Virus record (IMG/VR): IMGVR_UViG_3300025759_000075
Span: 1 to 64,000 of that record
Source of the DNA: an uncultured virus (IMG/VR IMGVR_UViG_3300025759_000075)
Lineage: Duplodnaviria > Heunggongvirae > Uroviricota > Caudoviricetes
Length of the DNA: 64,000 nt
Strand: one strand, 5' to 3'
Each line of letters begins with the position of its first letter. Position 1 is the stretch's first letter. The notes beneath the pieces were generated by a model. That model made no database searches. It saw nothing but the letters and a program-made list of their open reading frames with translations, and was not told the origin of the DNA. This document shows, one piece after another, positions 33,385 to 42,276 of the stretch. Both the position numbers and the translations under genes were made by a program.

Positions 33385-33579
33385 ATGGACAAGAAAGCCG
33401 AACTCGATAAGCTTCACTCACGGGTCTTTGCGCTTCGCAAAACTATGGGCCAGGTGTGCAATGAAGCAGGTGTCGCGCACTCAACAGTGTCGCGATGGAA
33501 TAACAACCCAGACAGCATGACGGCTGGCACGCTCCGAAGGATGGAGATTGCATTAGAGCGTATGGAGGCAGGACAATGA
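33385..33579 (+). CDS. Cro-like HTH regulator
   Basis: VCNEAGVAHSTVSRW HTH; position at the divergence point. Confidence 0.75.
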   Translation: MDKKAELDKLHSRVFALRKTMGQVCNEAGVAHSTVSRWNNNPDSMTAGTLRRMEIALERMEAGQ

Positions 33580-33860
33580 GTGATTGGAAGGAAGGCGATC
33601 TGGCTTTGTGTGTCCGGACTCGCCTTGGACGTTGGCGTCAGGATCCGCATCCTTGCGAGGTCGGCAGAATTTATGAAGTCGAACGCATTGTGCCTACGAA
33701 GAATGAAGGGTTGGGGCTAGGTCTGGTCAATATCGTATTCCCGAACTGTTTTCTGAACGCAGACACTGAGAAAAACTACCGCAAAGTAACACCTGAGAAA
33801 GCCGACGAGTTCGACCGCGAAGTTATCTTCCACATGCAGAACCAAAGGATAACCCAATGA
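33576..33860 (+). CDS. Hypothetical protein (MSDWKEGDLALCV)
   Basis: Coupled start, SD; recurrent phage N-terminal motif. Confidence 0.7.
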   Translation: MSDWKEGDLALCVRTRLGRWRQDPHPCEVGRIYEVERIVPTKNEGLGLGLVNIVFPNCFLNADTEKNYRKVTPEKADEFDREVIFHMQNQRITQ

Positions 33861-33987
33861 CACACAAAGACTACAGCCCCCACCCTTTCTCGATAGCGCT
33901 GTTCGCGTTTATCGCGGGATGCACGTTCGGCGGGTTTCTCTGGTTCCTCACGCAAGCGATTGCGGGCGTTGTTGGGGAGATGGTGGG

Positions 33988-35325
33988 GTGAGATACGGTT
34001 CGGTGTGTTCGGGTATCGAGGCTGCTACAGTAGCGTGGCATCCGATCGGCTGGACGCCTGCATTCTTCTCGGAGATCGAGAAATTCCCCCGCGCTGTTCT
34101 GGCGCACCACTACGCCGACACACCGTGTCATGGCGACTTTACCACAATCGGAGCATATGAATATGGGCCAATTGACCTTCTTGTCGGAGGAACTCCATGT
34201 CAATCATTCAGCATCGCAGGACTCAGAGGCGGCTTGGCAGACGACCGTGGGAACCTGGCCCTCGAATATCTTAGACTTGCTCAACGAACACGGCCCCAGT
34301 GGTTGGTTTGGGAGAACGTCCCCGGCGTCCTGTCAAGCAACGGAGGAAGGGACTTTGGTTCCATTCTCGGGGGCATGGTCGAACTCGGGTATGGCATCGC
34401 CTACCGAGTGCTTGACGCTCAGTACTTTGGAATTCCACAGCGGCGCCGCCGCGTGTTCGTTGTCGGATGTCTTGGAGACTGGCGACGTGCCGCAGCGGTT
34501 CTTTTTGAGCGCCACAGCCTGTCGGGGCATCCTGCGCCGCGCAGAGAAAAGGGGCAAGTCGCTCCCACCGTCCCTAGCCGCGGCTCTGCAGGCGGTGGCC
34601 TCGGAACCGACTTCGACTGCGATGGCGGATTGACAGTAATGGCGCACGGCCAAGGCGGTGCGGAAATAACCACAGGCAAGGCGCCCACACTTTCCTGCAA
34701 TCATGAAGCGCCGATTCTTGCTCATTCGCTTCGGGCTGAAGGTTTCGACGCAAGCGAAGACGGCACGGGGAGAGGGACGCCGCTTGTACCGGTGGCCATC
34801 CAAGAGCGCGCCACTTCGGAAAACGAAGCTGCCGGTCCGGACGGCAAAGGCTTCCGCACCGATGGCATGGCCTACACGCTTGAAGCCCGGGCGACGGTGC
34901 AGGCGGTAGCGTTCGGACTAGCCACGCAGCAAGAACCGAAATGGGCAGAGGAACTTTGCCCAACACTTCAGGTGCCGAGTAGGTGCGGTGGTGGTCAGCC
35001 TGATGCAGTCGCGTTCGATATGCGGGGGCGTGACGGTGGTGCGCAGTTCGAAGGCCCCCACGACACCGCGAATATCCGCGCTGCGTCTGGCGGTTCGTCC
35101 CGCTCCTATGTCGCCAGTTCCGCAGTCCGCCGCCTTACCCCCATGGAATGCGAACGCCTGCAAGGCTTTCCTGACGGCTACACGCAAATACCGTGGCGCG
35201 GGAAAGATGCAGACCAATGCCCAGACGGGCCGCGGTACAAAGCGCTAGGAAACTCGATGGCTGTTCCGGTGATGAACTGGATTGGCCGGCGCATCGAACA
35301 AGTAAACCAAAAGGAACCCACATGA
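33988..35325 (+). CDS. C5-cytosine DNA methyltransferase
   Basis: Motif I SVCSGIEA, IV GGTPCQSFS, VI ENVPG, VIII QRRRR, IX RRLTPMECERLQGFP, X YKALGNS. Confidence 0.93.
   Translation: MRYGSVCSGIEAATVAWHPIGWTPAFFSEIEKFPRAVLAHHYADTPCHGDFTTIGAYEYGPIDLLVGGTPCQSFSIAGLRGGLADDRGNLALEYLRLAQRTRPQWLVWENVPGVLSSNGGRDFGSILGGMVELGYGIAYRVLDAQYFGIPQRRRRVFVVGCLGDWRRAAAVLFERHSLSGHPAPRREKGQVAPTVPSRGSAGGGLGTDFDCDGGLTVMAHGQGGAEITTGKAPTLSCNHEAPILAHSLRAEGFDASEDGTGRGTPLVPVAIQERATSENEAAGPDGKGFRTDGMAYTLEARATVQAVAFGLATQQEPKWAEELCPTLQVPSRCGGGQPDAVAFDMRGRDGGAQFEGPHDTANIRAASGGSSRSYVASSAVRRLTPMECERLQGFPDGYTQIPWRGKDADQCPDGPRYKALGNSMAVPVMNWIGRRIEQVNQKEPT
34163..34633 (+). CDS. Overlapping +1-frame ORF nested in the methyltransferase (possible second subunit)
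   Basis: GGAG SD at 34150; ends in SLSDVLE...FLS..AC.GILRRAEKRGK.LP..L..AL, a pattern associated with C5-MTases. Confidence 0.6.
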   Translation: MGQLTFLSEELHVNHSASQDSEAAWQTTVGTWPSNILDLLNEHGPSGWFGRTSPASCQATEEGTLVPFSGAWSNSGMASPTECLTLSTLEFHSGAAACSLSDVLETGDVPQRFFLSATACRGILRRAEKRGKSLPPSLAAALQAVASEPTSTAMAD

Positions 35326-35534
35326 CCATAGACATAGGCCCTGGATACGATCGGCCAGCCTTCAACGCATACGCCGCTTACCAGAGCGAGCGTGAATATA
35401 GCCACAAGCTTGAAGAAGCCCTGTCTGCTGCCCTTTCCCTGCTCGACATGGAAAATGGCCGCCGTGCCCTTCGAGGCGAGGATGTGGGCCACCTTCAGGC
35501 ATTCGTTAAACAGACCCGGGAGATTTGGGCATGA
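35322..35534 (+). CDS. Hypothetical protein
   Basis: AAGGA SD; ATGA coupling on both sides. Confidence 0.6.
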   Translation: MTIDIGPGYDRPAFNAYAAYQSEREYSHKLEEALSAALSLLDMENGRRALRGEDVGHLQAFVKQTREIWA

Positions 35535-36196
35535 ACGTAATTTTTCTCGACATAGAATCTTTGCCAAGCCAATCGGCTGAATACCGCGCAGAGGTCCGCA
35601 ACACCATCACCGCACCGGCACAATACAAGAAGCCCGACAGCATTGCACAATGGATCGCAGACAACGGCGATGCGGCTGCTGACGAGATTGTTGCCAAGAC
35701 CAGCTTTAATCCCGCGCACGGCCATATCTGCACGATAGGTTTTGCGATTGGTGATGAGCCAGTAGAAACTCTCAGTATTGGGTCAAATATTGATCTTGAG
35801 TGGGATATCCTACACGAGTTCTTCGAAGCACTCCCCACGCAAGGGCTTAACCGCTTCATCGGCCACTATATCAGCGGCTTTGATCTGCGCTTTATCCTGA
35901 ACCGCGCAATCGTGCTTGGCGTCCAATTGCCGCCTAGCGTCATGTTCCCCCGCGACATTAAGCCGTGGTCGGATAATGTGTTCGACACGATGGTAGCATG
36001 GGCGGGGCCGCGCGATAAGATCAGCCTAGACGATCTGTGCAAGGCTCTCGGCATTCCCGGCAAGGATGGCTTTGACGGATCGATGGTGGCTGAAGCATGG
36101 GCGAACGGCGAGCATGACAAGATCGCCAGCTATGCAAAGGATGATGTCGAGCGCGTGCGTTCGGTGTTCCGCAAGTTCGCAGAAGTGGGCTACTGA
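35531..36196 (+). CDS. DnaQ/PolB-like 3'-5' exonuclease (RNase H-like fold)
   Basis: FLDIES, GHYISGFDL, FDTM, SLD.LC.ALGI..K, Y...DV motifs. Confidence 0.8.
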   Translation: MNVIFLDIESLPSQSAEYRAEVRNTITAPAQYKKPDSIAQWIADNGDAAADEIVAKTSFNPAHGHICTIGFAIGDEPVETLSIGSNIDLEWDILHEFFEALPTQGLNRFIGHYISGFDLRFILNRAIVLGVQLPPSVMFPRDIKPWSDNVFDTMVAWAGPRDKISLDDLCKALGIPGKDGFDGSMVAEAWANGEHDKIASYAKDDVERVRSVFRKFAEVGY

Positions 36197-36197
36197 T

Positions 36198-36782
36198 ATG
36201 AGCAAAGCAATCATTACCGCACTGGCGAAGGTTTTGCCGACGCTTGAGAACGCCAAGAAGAACGCGGCTAACCCGCACTTCAAAAGCAAGTATGCCAACC
36301 TGTCGGCGGTCATGGAAGCCGTCGAGCCGATCAAGGCACACGGTCTATGGTATCGCCAGCAGCCCCACGACAAGCCTGATGGTGCATGTATCGAAACCAT
36401 ATATCTGCACGAAAGCGGCGAGGAAATGAGCGCGGGTTTGACGTTCGTAAAGGCCGACAAGCAGAACGCACAGGGCTTTGGATCTGCAATGACCTATGCG
36501 CGGCGCTATAGCCTGCAAACGGCGTTCGGTCTGGATGCCGAGGATGACGATGGCAATGCGGCCTGCCCGCCCAAGCAACAGCCTGCACCCAAGGTCGAGA
36601 CAATCACCGACGCCCAGCGCGAAGAACTCATGCTGCTGTGTGACCGGCTTAACGTCCCTGTTGACCGCTTCCTGAGCGTTGGCGGGGTCAAGGATTTAAG
36701 AGAAGTTCCCGCATCACAGTTTGGACAAGCCAAGCAGTGGATCGAAGCGGAAGGCAAGAAACTGGAGAACAACAATGCTTAA
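36198..36782 (+). CDS. erf: ERF-family single-strand annealing protein
   Basis: [26 protein letters not shown]...EDDDGN. Confidence 0.9.
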   Translation: MSKAIITALAKVLPTLENAKKNAANPHFKSKYANLSAVMEAVEPIKAHGLWYRQQPHDKPDGACIETIYLHESGEEMSAGLTFVKADKQNAQGFGSAMTYARRYSLQTAFGLDAEDDDGNAACPPKQQPAPKVETITDAQREELMLLCDRLNVPVDRFLSVGGVKDLREVPASQFGQAKQWIEAEGKKLENNNA

Positions 36783-37176
36783 TCGTGCAATGATCATTGG
36801 CCACCTTGGCGCTGATCCTGAAATTCGCTCCTTCCAATCGGGAGGTAAGGTCGCAAACCTGCGCATTGCCACTACGGAAAAATGGAAAAAAGACGGCGAG
36901 CAGCAAGAGCGCACCGAATGGCACAGCGTTGCGATTATGAATGATGGGCTTGTCGGTGTGGTTGAACGCTTCCTGCGCAAAGGCAGTAAGGTCTACATTG
37001 AAGGCCAGCTTCAGACGCGCAAGTGGCAGGACCAGTCTGGCAATGACCGCTACAGCACCGAGATTGTTTTACGCGGCTTCGGTGGATCGCTTGTGATGCT
37101 CGATGGCGCGCAAGGCCAGAGCAACAACGACAGCTACAATCAGGACGCTGGCGATAGCGGCGGCGGTTGGGGTTAA
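36775..37176 (+). CDS. ssb: Single-stranded DNA-binding protein
   Basis: N...[37 protein letters not shown]. Confidence 0.95.
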   Translation: MLNRAMIIGHLGADPEIRSFQSGGKVANLRIATTEKWKKDGEQQERTEWHSVAIMNDGLVGVVERFLRKGSKVYIEGQLQTRKWQDQSGNDRYSTEIVLRGFGGSLVMLDGAQGQSNNDSYNQDAGDSGGGWG

Positions 37177-37269
37177 GTTACGGTCAGGCAATATCGAATA
37201 CGGTTGCCTGAGGAAGCCACGCGGCGGGCCGTGGCCGTTAGAGCCCGCCAATCAATTCAGGAGAAACAC

Positions 37270-37611
37270 ATGCTCCCCCGTAAAATCGCCAAGAAGGGAA
37301 ACCGCACCGCGCGCTGGAAAAGCCAAGCCCATTGCACCTTCGTTCGTGGACATCATTGTTCCGTTCCAGGATGCGAGGAAATGCCTATCGAGGTGGCTCA
37401 TGTCCGCTGCGGTTCGGATGCAGGAATGGGTCGCAAGCCGTCAGACTGGCACACGATAAGCCTTTGTCGCGAGCATCACTCCCAGCAGCACGCTATCGGG
37501 GAAGGTTCGTTCGAAGACCTGTATAGCATCGACATGTCCGAACTGGCAGAAGAGTTTGCCAAGGCCTCGCCCAAGTGGCGGGAGATACAAGAGGCGCGGC
37601 GCAATGGGTAG
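37270..37611 (+). CDS. DUF968 / HNH-like nuclease
   Basis: C...GC....AHVR....GMG.KP.D.....LC..HH..QH..GE. Confidence 0.75.
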   Translation: MLPRKIAKKGNRTARWKSQAHCTFVRGHHCSVPGCEEMPIEVAHVRCGSDAGMGRKPSDWHTISLCREHHSQQHAIGEGSFEDLYSIDMSELAEEFAKASPKWREIQEARRNG

Positions 37612-37996
37612 CCGCACGATATTCCTGATAGGTGAAAGCCAGCGCGACTATGCCAAGCGGTCCATTGATGAAGCCCCTGCGGACTATGTTTGCAAGATCA
37701 CGAAGGTAACACGTAGCGATAAGCAGAACCGCAAGCTTTGGGCCATGATTCGAGACATCCAGGAACAGGTGCCCGAAACCGCGACACGTTCGGCTGACGA
37801 TGTGAAGTGTCAATTCCTGAATACGCTCGGTGTAGAGATGCGCTATTTACCAACGCTTGATGGGGGCGGCGTCTTCCCAACCGGAATGCGCTCGTCACAA
37901 CTCAACAAAGAGCAATTCGCAGCGCTGATTGAATTGATCTTCGCTTGGGGCGCGCGTCACGAAATCAGGTGGAGTAAGGAGAGTTTAGAGCCATGA
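37604..37996 (+). CDS. ninB: NinB-family recombination protein
   Basis: RS..QN.KLWAM..DI..QV and SS.L.K..FA.LIELI.AWGA...IRW. Confidence 0.85.
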   Translation: MGSRTIFLIGESQRDYAKRSIDEAPADYVCKITKVTRSDKQNRKLWAMIRDIQEQVPETATRSADDVKCQFLNTLGVEMRYLPTLDGGGVFPTGMRSSQLNKEQFAALIELIFAWGARHEIRWSKESLEP

Positions 37997-38562
37997 GAGT
38001 TCTGGTAGCATGTGAATATAGCGCGGTTGTGCGTGATGCCTTCCGTGCCCGCGGCTTCGATGCCCGTGATATAGAGGGCTTTCCCGGTTATGTTGTCACG
38101 GCCTGCGGGCAGGTGTTCAGCCGTAACCACCCGACCGGACCGCTCCGTTGGTTCAAGCCGCTAAAAGGCCACATTGATAAGAAGGGCTATCATGGTCTGA
38201 CGCTGTGCAACTCTGACGGGCACTTCCCCCGCCGTGTGCATCGCTTGATTGCAGATGCTTTTCATCCGAACCCGGACGACCTTCCCTGCGTCCGCCACAT
38301 CAATGGCAATCCTGGAGATAACCGGGCTGAAAATCTCGCGTGGTCCACTTACGCAGAAAATGAGGCTGATAAATGGGCGCACGGGACCTGGAATACCCGT
38401 CGCAACGGGAAGCTTTCCATCCCCCAAGTAAAGGCTATCAAGCGCCAGATTGCTGCTGGCGAGGTGCACCAAGAGATTGCCGACAAATACGGTGTCAGCA
38501 GAATCACCGTGACCCGTATAGCCAAAGGCACGACGTGGGGAGATGTCCCATGCGTGTCCTGA
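37993..38562 (+). CDS. HNH homing endonuclease fused to a methyltransferase-like N-terminus
   Basis: I.GFPGY.V...G.V.S, VHRLIA.AF, V.HINGN..DNR.ENL.W; first 24 aa resemble start of 38550 gene. Confidence 0.85.
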   Translation: MRVLVACEYSAVVRDAFRARGFDARDIEGFPGYVVTACGQVFSRNHPTGPLRWFKPLKGHIDKKGYHGLTLCNSDGHFPRRVHRLIADAFHPNPDDLPCVRHINGNPGDNRAENLAWSTYAENEADKWAHGTWNTRRNGKLSIPQVKAIKRQIAAGEVHQEIADKYGVSRITVTRIAKGTTWGDVPCVS

Positions 38563-39143
38563 TTGGTTGCGAGTTTTCCGGCTCTGTCCGTGAAGCGTTT
38601 CGCACAAAGGGATTTGAAGCATACTCATGCGACATTCTCCCTGCTGAAGATGCCAGCCCGTTCCACATCGAGGGCGACGTCCTCGACGTTCTGAATGACG
38701 GTTGGGCACTTGGAATTTTCCATCCGCCATGCACTCACTTGGCAGTAAGCGGCGCACGCTGGTTCAAGGACAAGCGGCAAGAACAGGCGGAGGCGTTGGA
38801 GTTCGTCCGCACCCTGCTTGAGGCGCCAATCCCACATATTGCTCTGGAGAACCCCGTCAGCATCATATCAAGCCGCATCCGCAAGCCAGACTGCACCTAT
38901 CAGCCGTAGGAGCACGGGCACGGCGAGATCAAGCGAAGCTGCCTGTGGCTCAAGAACCTGCCGCCGATTAAGCCATCTAAAGTGGTCGATGGACGGGAAG
39001 CGAGGGTTCATAAGATGGCTCCTGGACCTGACCGTTGGAAAGAACGATCCCGAACTCTTGAGGGTGTAGCCAAAGCTATGGCCGATCAGTGGGGCGACTA
39101 CCTTTTATCACTTCCGAAATACAAGGAGGCAATCAATGCTTGA
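38550..39143 (+). pseudogene. Short phage cytosine-methyltransferase-like gene with in-frame TAG at 38907-38909
   Basis: VLIGCEFSG, HPPCTHL, ENPV; frame continues after TAG as EHGHGEIKRSCLWLKNLPP...RSRTLEGVAKAMADQWG. Confidence 0.7.
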
Positions 39144-39460
39144 AGACCCTACCGTTACCTACGCCCGCGCCTGCAATGACGCTCAATGGGCGGCTAAACT
39201 CGAATCCCGTCTGGCATCACGCAAGCAAGCCCGACAGTCTGGCGAGACACAGGTATCAGCCCACCGTCGCACTCTCAGCCCACGTTACGCAAAATGAGCG
39301 CCGCTGAATACCTACGCCACAAAGCCACCATTCTGCGCAAAGCCGCTGACAATCCCCGCAAGGGCTACAGCGAAGAGACACGCGGGAACATGATCTACGC
39401 GGCAACGCAGCTTAATGTTGCTGCCGACGAATTGCAGAACGAATTTAACGAGGAAGACTG

Positions 39461-40180
39461 ATGTTAGCCATCGACTTTGCAGAGCCCGAACCATCGGAAG
39501 ACTTTGCGGACTATCGCGATTCCATGCGCCGTAGCAGCCAAACGTTCCTGACTGCGATCCAGACAGCGAAAGGGACACATTGGCTTTGTGGCCATCATCG
39601 CGGGCCGGATAACACGCATACCATAGCCGGAAAGACGCAATGCAAGAAGTGTCGCCGAAATAAAATTAACAGCGTTCTAAAGGTGATTGCGCAGCGCCAA
39701 GCTGTAGAGCGCGCCCTTGCTGTTCATGCGGCGGAGATGGAAGAACGTAGGATTGAAAGGCGTAAAGGCGAAAAGCAACGCGAGGCCGAGCGCTACAGGC
39801 GCGAGCGAGAGGAAAAGCGCCGGTTGCGCGATCAGGCCAACCGAAGGGCCAATGAAATACGTGCTGCTATTGTAGAGCGCACGATCATACACCCTGCGAA
39901 TGGCCGCATTCCTTTGCATGATTTAATCCAGGCTGTTGCCACTGCGTTCGGCATTGACCCTGAGGGTGTGCGCAGCAAGGCGAGGGGTAAGAATTTCCTA
40001 TATGCCCGATGCGTGCTTGTGAAAATCCTGCAAGAGCGAGGCGCGTCATATCCCGTCATTGGAAGGCTGTTAGGCGGTCGCGATCATAGCACCACGATCA
40101 ACGCCTATCACATGTTCCCGACATATTGCCGGAAAGACCCGCGTGTCGCCAGCACATACGAAAAGTATAAGGACCGCTAA
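39461..40180 (+). CDS. Protein with DnaA C-terminal-like HTH domain
   Basis: SYPVIGRLLGGRDHSTTI motif; GAGGA SD. Confidence 0.75.
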   Translation: MLAIDFAEPEPSEDFADYRDSMRRSSQTFLTAIQTAKGTHWLCGHHRGPDNTHTIAGKTQCKKCRRNKINSVLKVIAQRQAVERALAVHAAEMEERRIERRKGEKQREAERYRREREEKRRLRDQANRRANEIRAAIVERTIIHPANGRIPLHDLIQAVATAFGIDPEGVRSKARGKNFLYARCVLVKILQERGASYPVIGRLLGGRDHSTTINAYHMFPTYCRKDPRVASTYEKYKDR

Positions 40181-40521
40181 TGATCCTGCTACCTTACCCT
40201 GCGCCGCCCCTGTGGCCGAACAAGCGCGCCCATTGGGCCAAGAAAGCCCGCGAGACAAAGAAGCATCGTGCATGGGCGCATGGGGCCGCACTGGCGGCAA
40301 AGCCCTCTGCTGACGGGGAGCCTATTCCGGTGCGAATCACGCTTTACCCAAAACCCAAAGGGCCAGCCCCGGACAAAGACAACGTTGTTGCCAGCGCAAA
40401 GGCGTATCTCGATGGAATAGCTGAAGCGATGGGAATCAATGATCGTGCGTTCGCCTCGCCAATTGTTCGCATATCGGGAGAGCGACTTAGCCAGATGGGG
40501 ATTGAAATTGGAAAAGCCTAA
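40180..40521 (+). CDS. rusA: RusA-family resolvase (phage B copy)
   Basis: Near-identical to 57-395. Confidence 0.75.
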   Translation: MILLPYPAPPLWPNKRAHWAKKARETKKHRAWAHGAALAAKPSADGEPIPVRITLYPKPKGPAPDKDNVVASAKAYLDGIAEAMGINDRAFASPIVRISGERLSQMGIEIGKA

Positions 40522-40739
40522 AGCAGCACCGCCGTACTTTCCCTATCGCGACCACAGAACGATTGAGCAAATCGCGCGCGGTGAGCCACGGCCAGAGTTT
40601 ATGCGCTCGGTTGTGGTGCATCCACTAGGACGTACACTAGCTGACTTGCTATAGATATGAGCTTGTGGCAATAAGGCGGCGGGGAGCGTTAGCGCGCTCG
40701 ACCCGCCTATTTTCTAAACGCCTGAAACGGAGGCGATGA

Positions 40740-41027
40740 ATGACAGAGTATCTAGACAAGCCAGTTCGTAAGCGCAAGGTTCTTACTCTAAAACTGGAAA
40801 CCCCCAAAGAAGCGCTTGAACAAGTCTCCGCTGATCCTACCAGGTTCACGCGGCGCGAAGACTGTTTCTTCATGGTGTTCAATGAACAAGGCCATATGCC
40901 TAAGAGGGTATACGGTCCGGACGAGATACACACGGCATATAAGCATGCTAGCCAATTGGCGCGCGAGACAGGCTATACTTTCCATGTCATGCGTAGCTGG
41001 CGGGTAGTGAAGCCGAGGGATGAATAA
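40740..41027 (+). CDS. Hypothetical protein
   Basis: GGAGG SD; preceded by hairpin 40678-40707. Confidence 0.65.
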   Translation: MTEYLDKPVRKRKVLTLKLETPKEALEQVSADPTRFTRREDCFFMVFNEQGHMPKRVYGPDEIHTAYKHASQLARETGYTFHVMRSWRVVKPRDE

Positions 41028-41764
41028 TGGCCGTTCCATTCATGCCCCTCTATGTTGCCGATTATATGGCCGATACGGCTCACCTGACCACAGTCGAACA
41101 CGGTGCCTACCTTCTGCTGATAATGACCTATTGGCAGAGGGGGGAAGCGTTGCCAGACGATGATAAAAAGTTGGCCAGAATTGTTGGCTTACAGGGCCGA
41201 AACTGGAAGCGCGTCAGGCAGGAAATTGAGCCCTTTTTTGAGTTCCGAGACAACAAATGGGTGCATCAGAGGATCGAGCATCAATTGACTGTGATGAGGT
41301 CTCAGAGCCGCGCTAACTCATTGAATGGAAAGAAAGGAGGTTTAGCGAAGGCTAAAGGTTCGCCTAGCGAAAATCTAGCGAAACATAAGCGAACGCTAAG
41401 CCATACAGATATAGATATAGATACAGTAGAACCTAAAGGTTCTATTTCCGCTAGCGCGAAAAAGCCGAGCAAGAAGACCCTGCCTAAAGACTGGTTTCCA
41501 GAGGCTTTTAGCCCGTCCAGCAAATGCGCCAAGATAATCGGAACGTGGTCGCCTAGCGATATGTCGGATCACCTTGAACACTTCAGGGCGCATCATGAAG
41601 CGAGGGGCACGAAATTTGAGAACTGGCAATCTGCTTGGCAGACTTGGGTGATAAACAGCGACAAGTTCAAGCCCCGCCAGCAAGTAGATAGCGCACGTGG
41701 TGGGTCGCTTGCAGATATTGGTGATGAAGTAAGAGGATTGCTGAATTATGGACAAGGTAACTGA
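41027..41764 (+). CDS. YdaU/DUF1376-family replication initiator
   Basis: PFMPLYVADY.ADT.HL...EHGAYLLL...YW...LP.DD..LARI; C-terminal LP.DW.P...W..AW.TW. Confidence 0.85.
   Translation: MAVPFMPLYVADYMADTAHLTTVEHGAYLLLIMTYWQRGEALPDDDKKLARIVGLQGRNWKRVRQEIEPFFEFRDNKWVHQRIEHQLTVMRSQSRANSLNGKKGGLAKAKGSPSENLAKHKRTLSHTDIDIDTVEPKGSISASAKKPSKKTLPKDWFPEAFSPSSKCAKIIGTWSPSDMSDHLEHFRAHHEARGTKFENWQSAWQTWVINSDKFKPRQQVDSARGGSLADIGDEVRGLLNYGQGN
41341..41400 (+). repeat. Iteron-like AGCGAA repeats (candidate origin of phage B)
   Basis: Four AGCGAA copies within 60 bp in the initiator's inter-domain linker, followed by AGATAT repeats. Confidence 0.5.
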
Positions 41765-42107
41765 ATTACAGCGCTGTTTTGCGCTGGTGAGGCCTGTTGG
41801 AATGTCTGACTCGGCTGCCAGGGATTGGCTTTTGGCAGCCGCTGCGGAGGTCGATGAGTTTGCTACATATCGGCCTGACCAGTTTCGTTTTGCCTGTGCG
41901 GCCATCAGGAAGACGGCCACGCATCACGGCCAGATAGTTCCTGGCATTTTGGCAAAGCAATTCTACGAGTGGGAAACCGTTTCAGGACACCATCGGAAAG
42001 GACTGGCTGCGCTATGTGGGGGCAAGAAGCCTGACACTGCGCAGATTGAAAATCGCGGAGGCGTAAAGCGCATAGGCGATCTCACTAAGGATTTTGGCAA
42101 TGAATGA
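41748..42107 (+). CDS. Hypothetical replication-associated protein
   Basis: Overlaps initiator stop; GAGGA SD. Confidence 0.6.
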   Translation: MDKVTELQRCFALVRPVGMSDSAARDWLLAAAAEVDEFATYRPDQFRFACAAIRKTATHHGQIVPGILAKQFYEWETVSGHHRKGLAALCGGKKPDTAQIENRGGVKRIGDLTKDFGNE

Positions 42108-42276
42108 GCGCGAGCACCGCCAAGCCGATTTCAGGGCATGGGTGGCGAGCCTGAATGCGCAGCGCGACAGGGCCAACGTCACCCGCAGACGGTATCGTAT
42201 CATTGAGAAAGACGGGCTTATGTCGATGGAAGACTGCTGGCCTGCCCGCTAACACACATTACCCAAGGAGATAGGA

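Larger units (their letters stand above)
1..40123. mobile_element. Phage A: apparently complete ~40.1 kb podovirus-like genome unit
   Basis: Full set of packaging, head, short-tail, lysis, early and recombination modules; the start sequence recurs at 40124. Confidence 0.9.

Noticed and set aside
37208..37245. CTGAGGA followed by a stem, resembling a hammerhead ribozyme core
   Set aside because: The required GAAA after stem II is absent
38907..38909. Genome-wide stop-codon reassignment
   Set aside because: TAG, TGA and TAA all end conserved genes at expected positions; only one internal TAG was found
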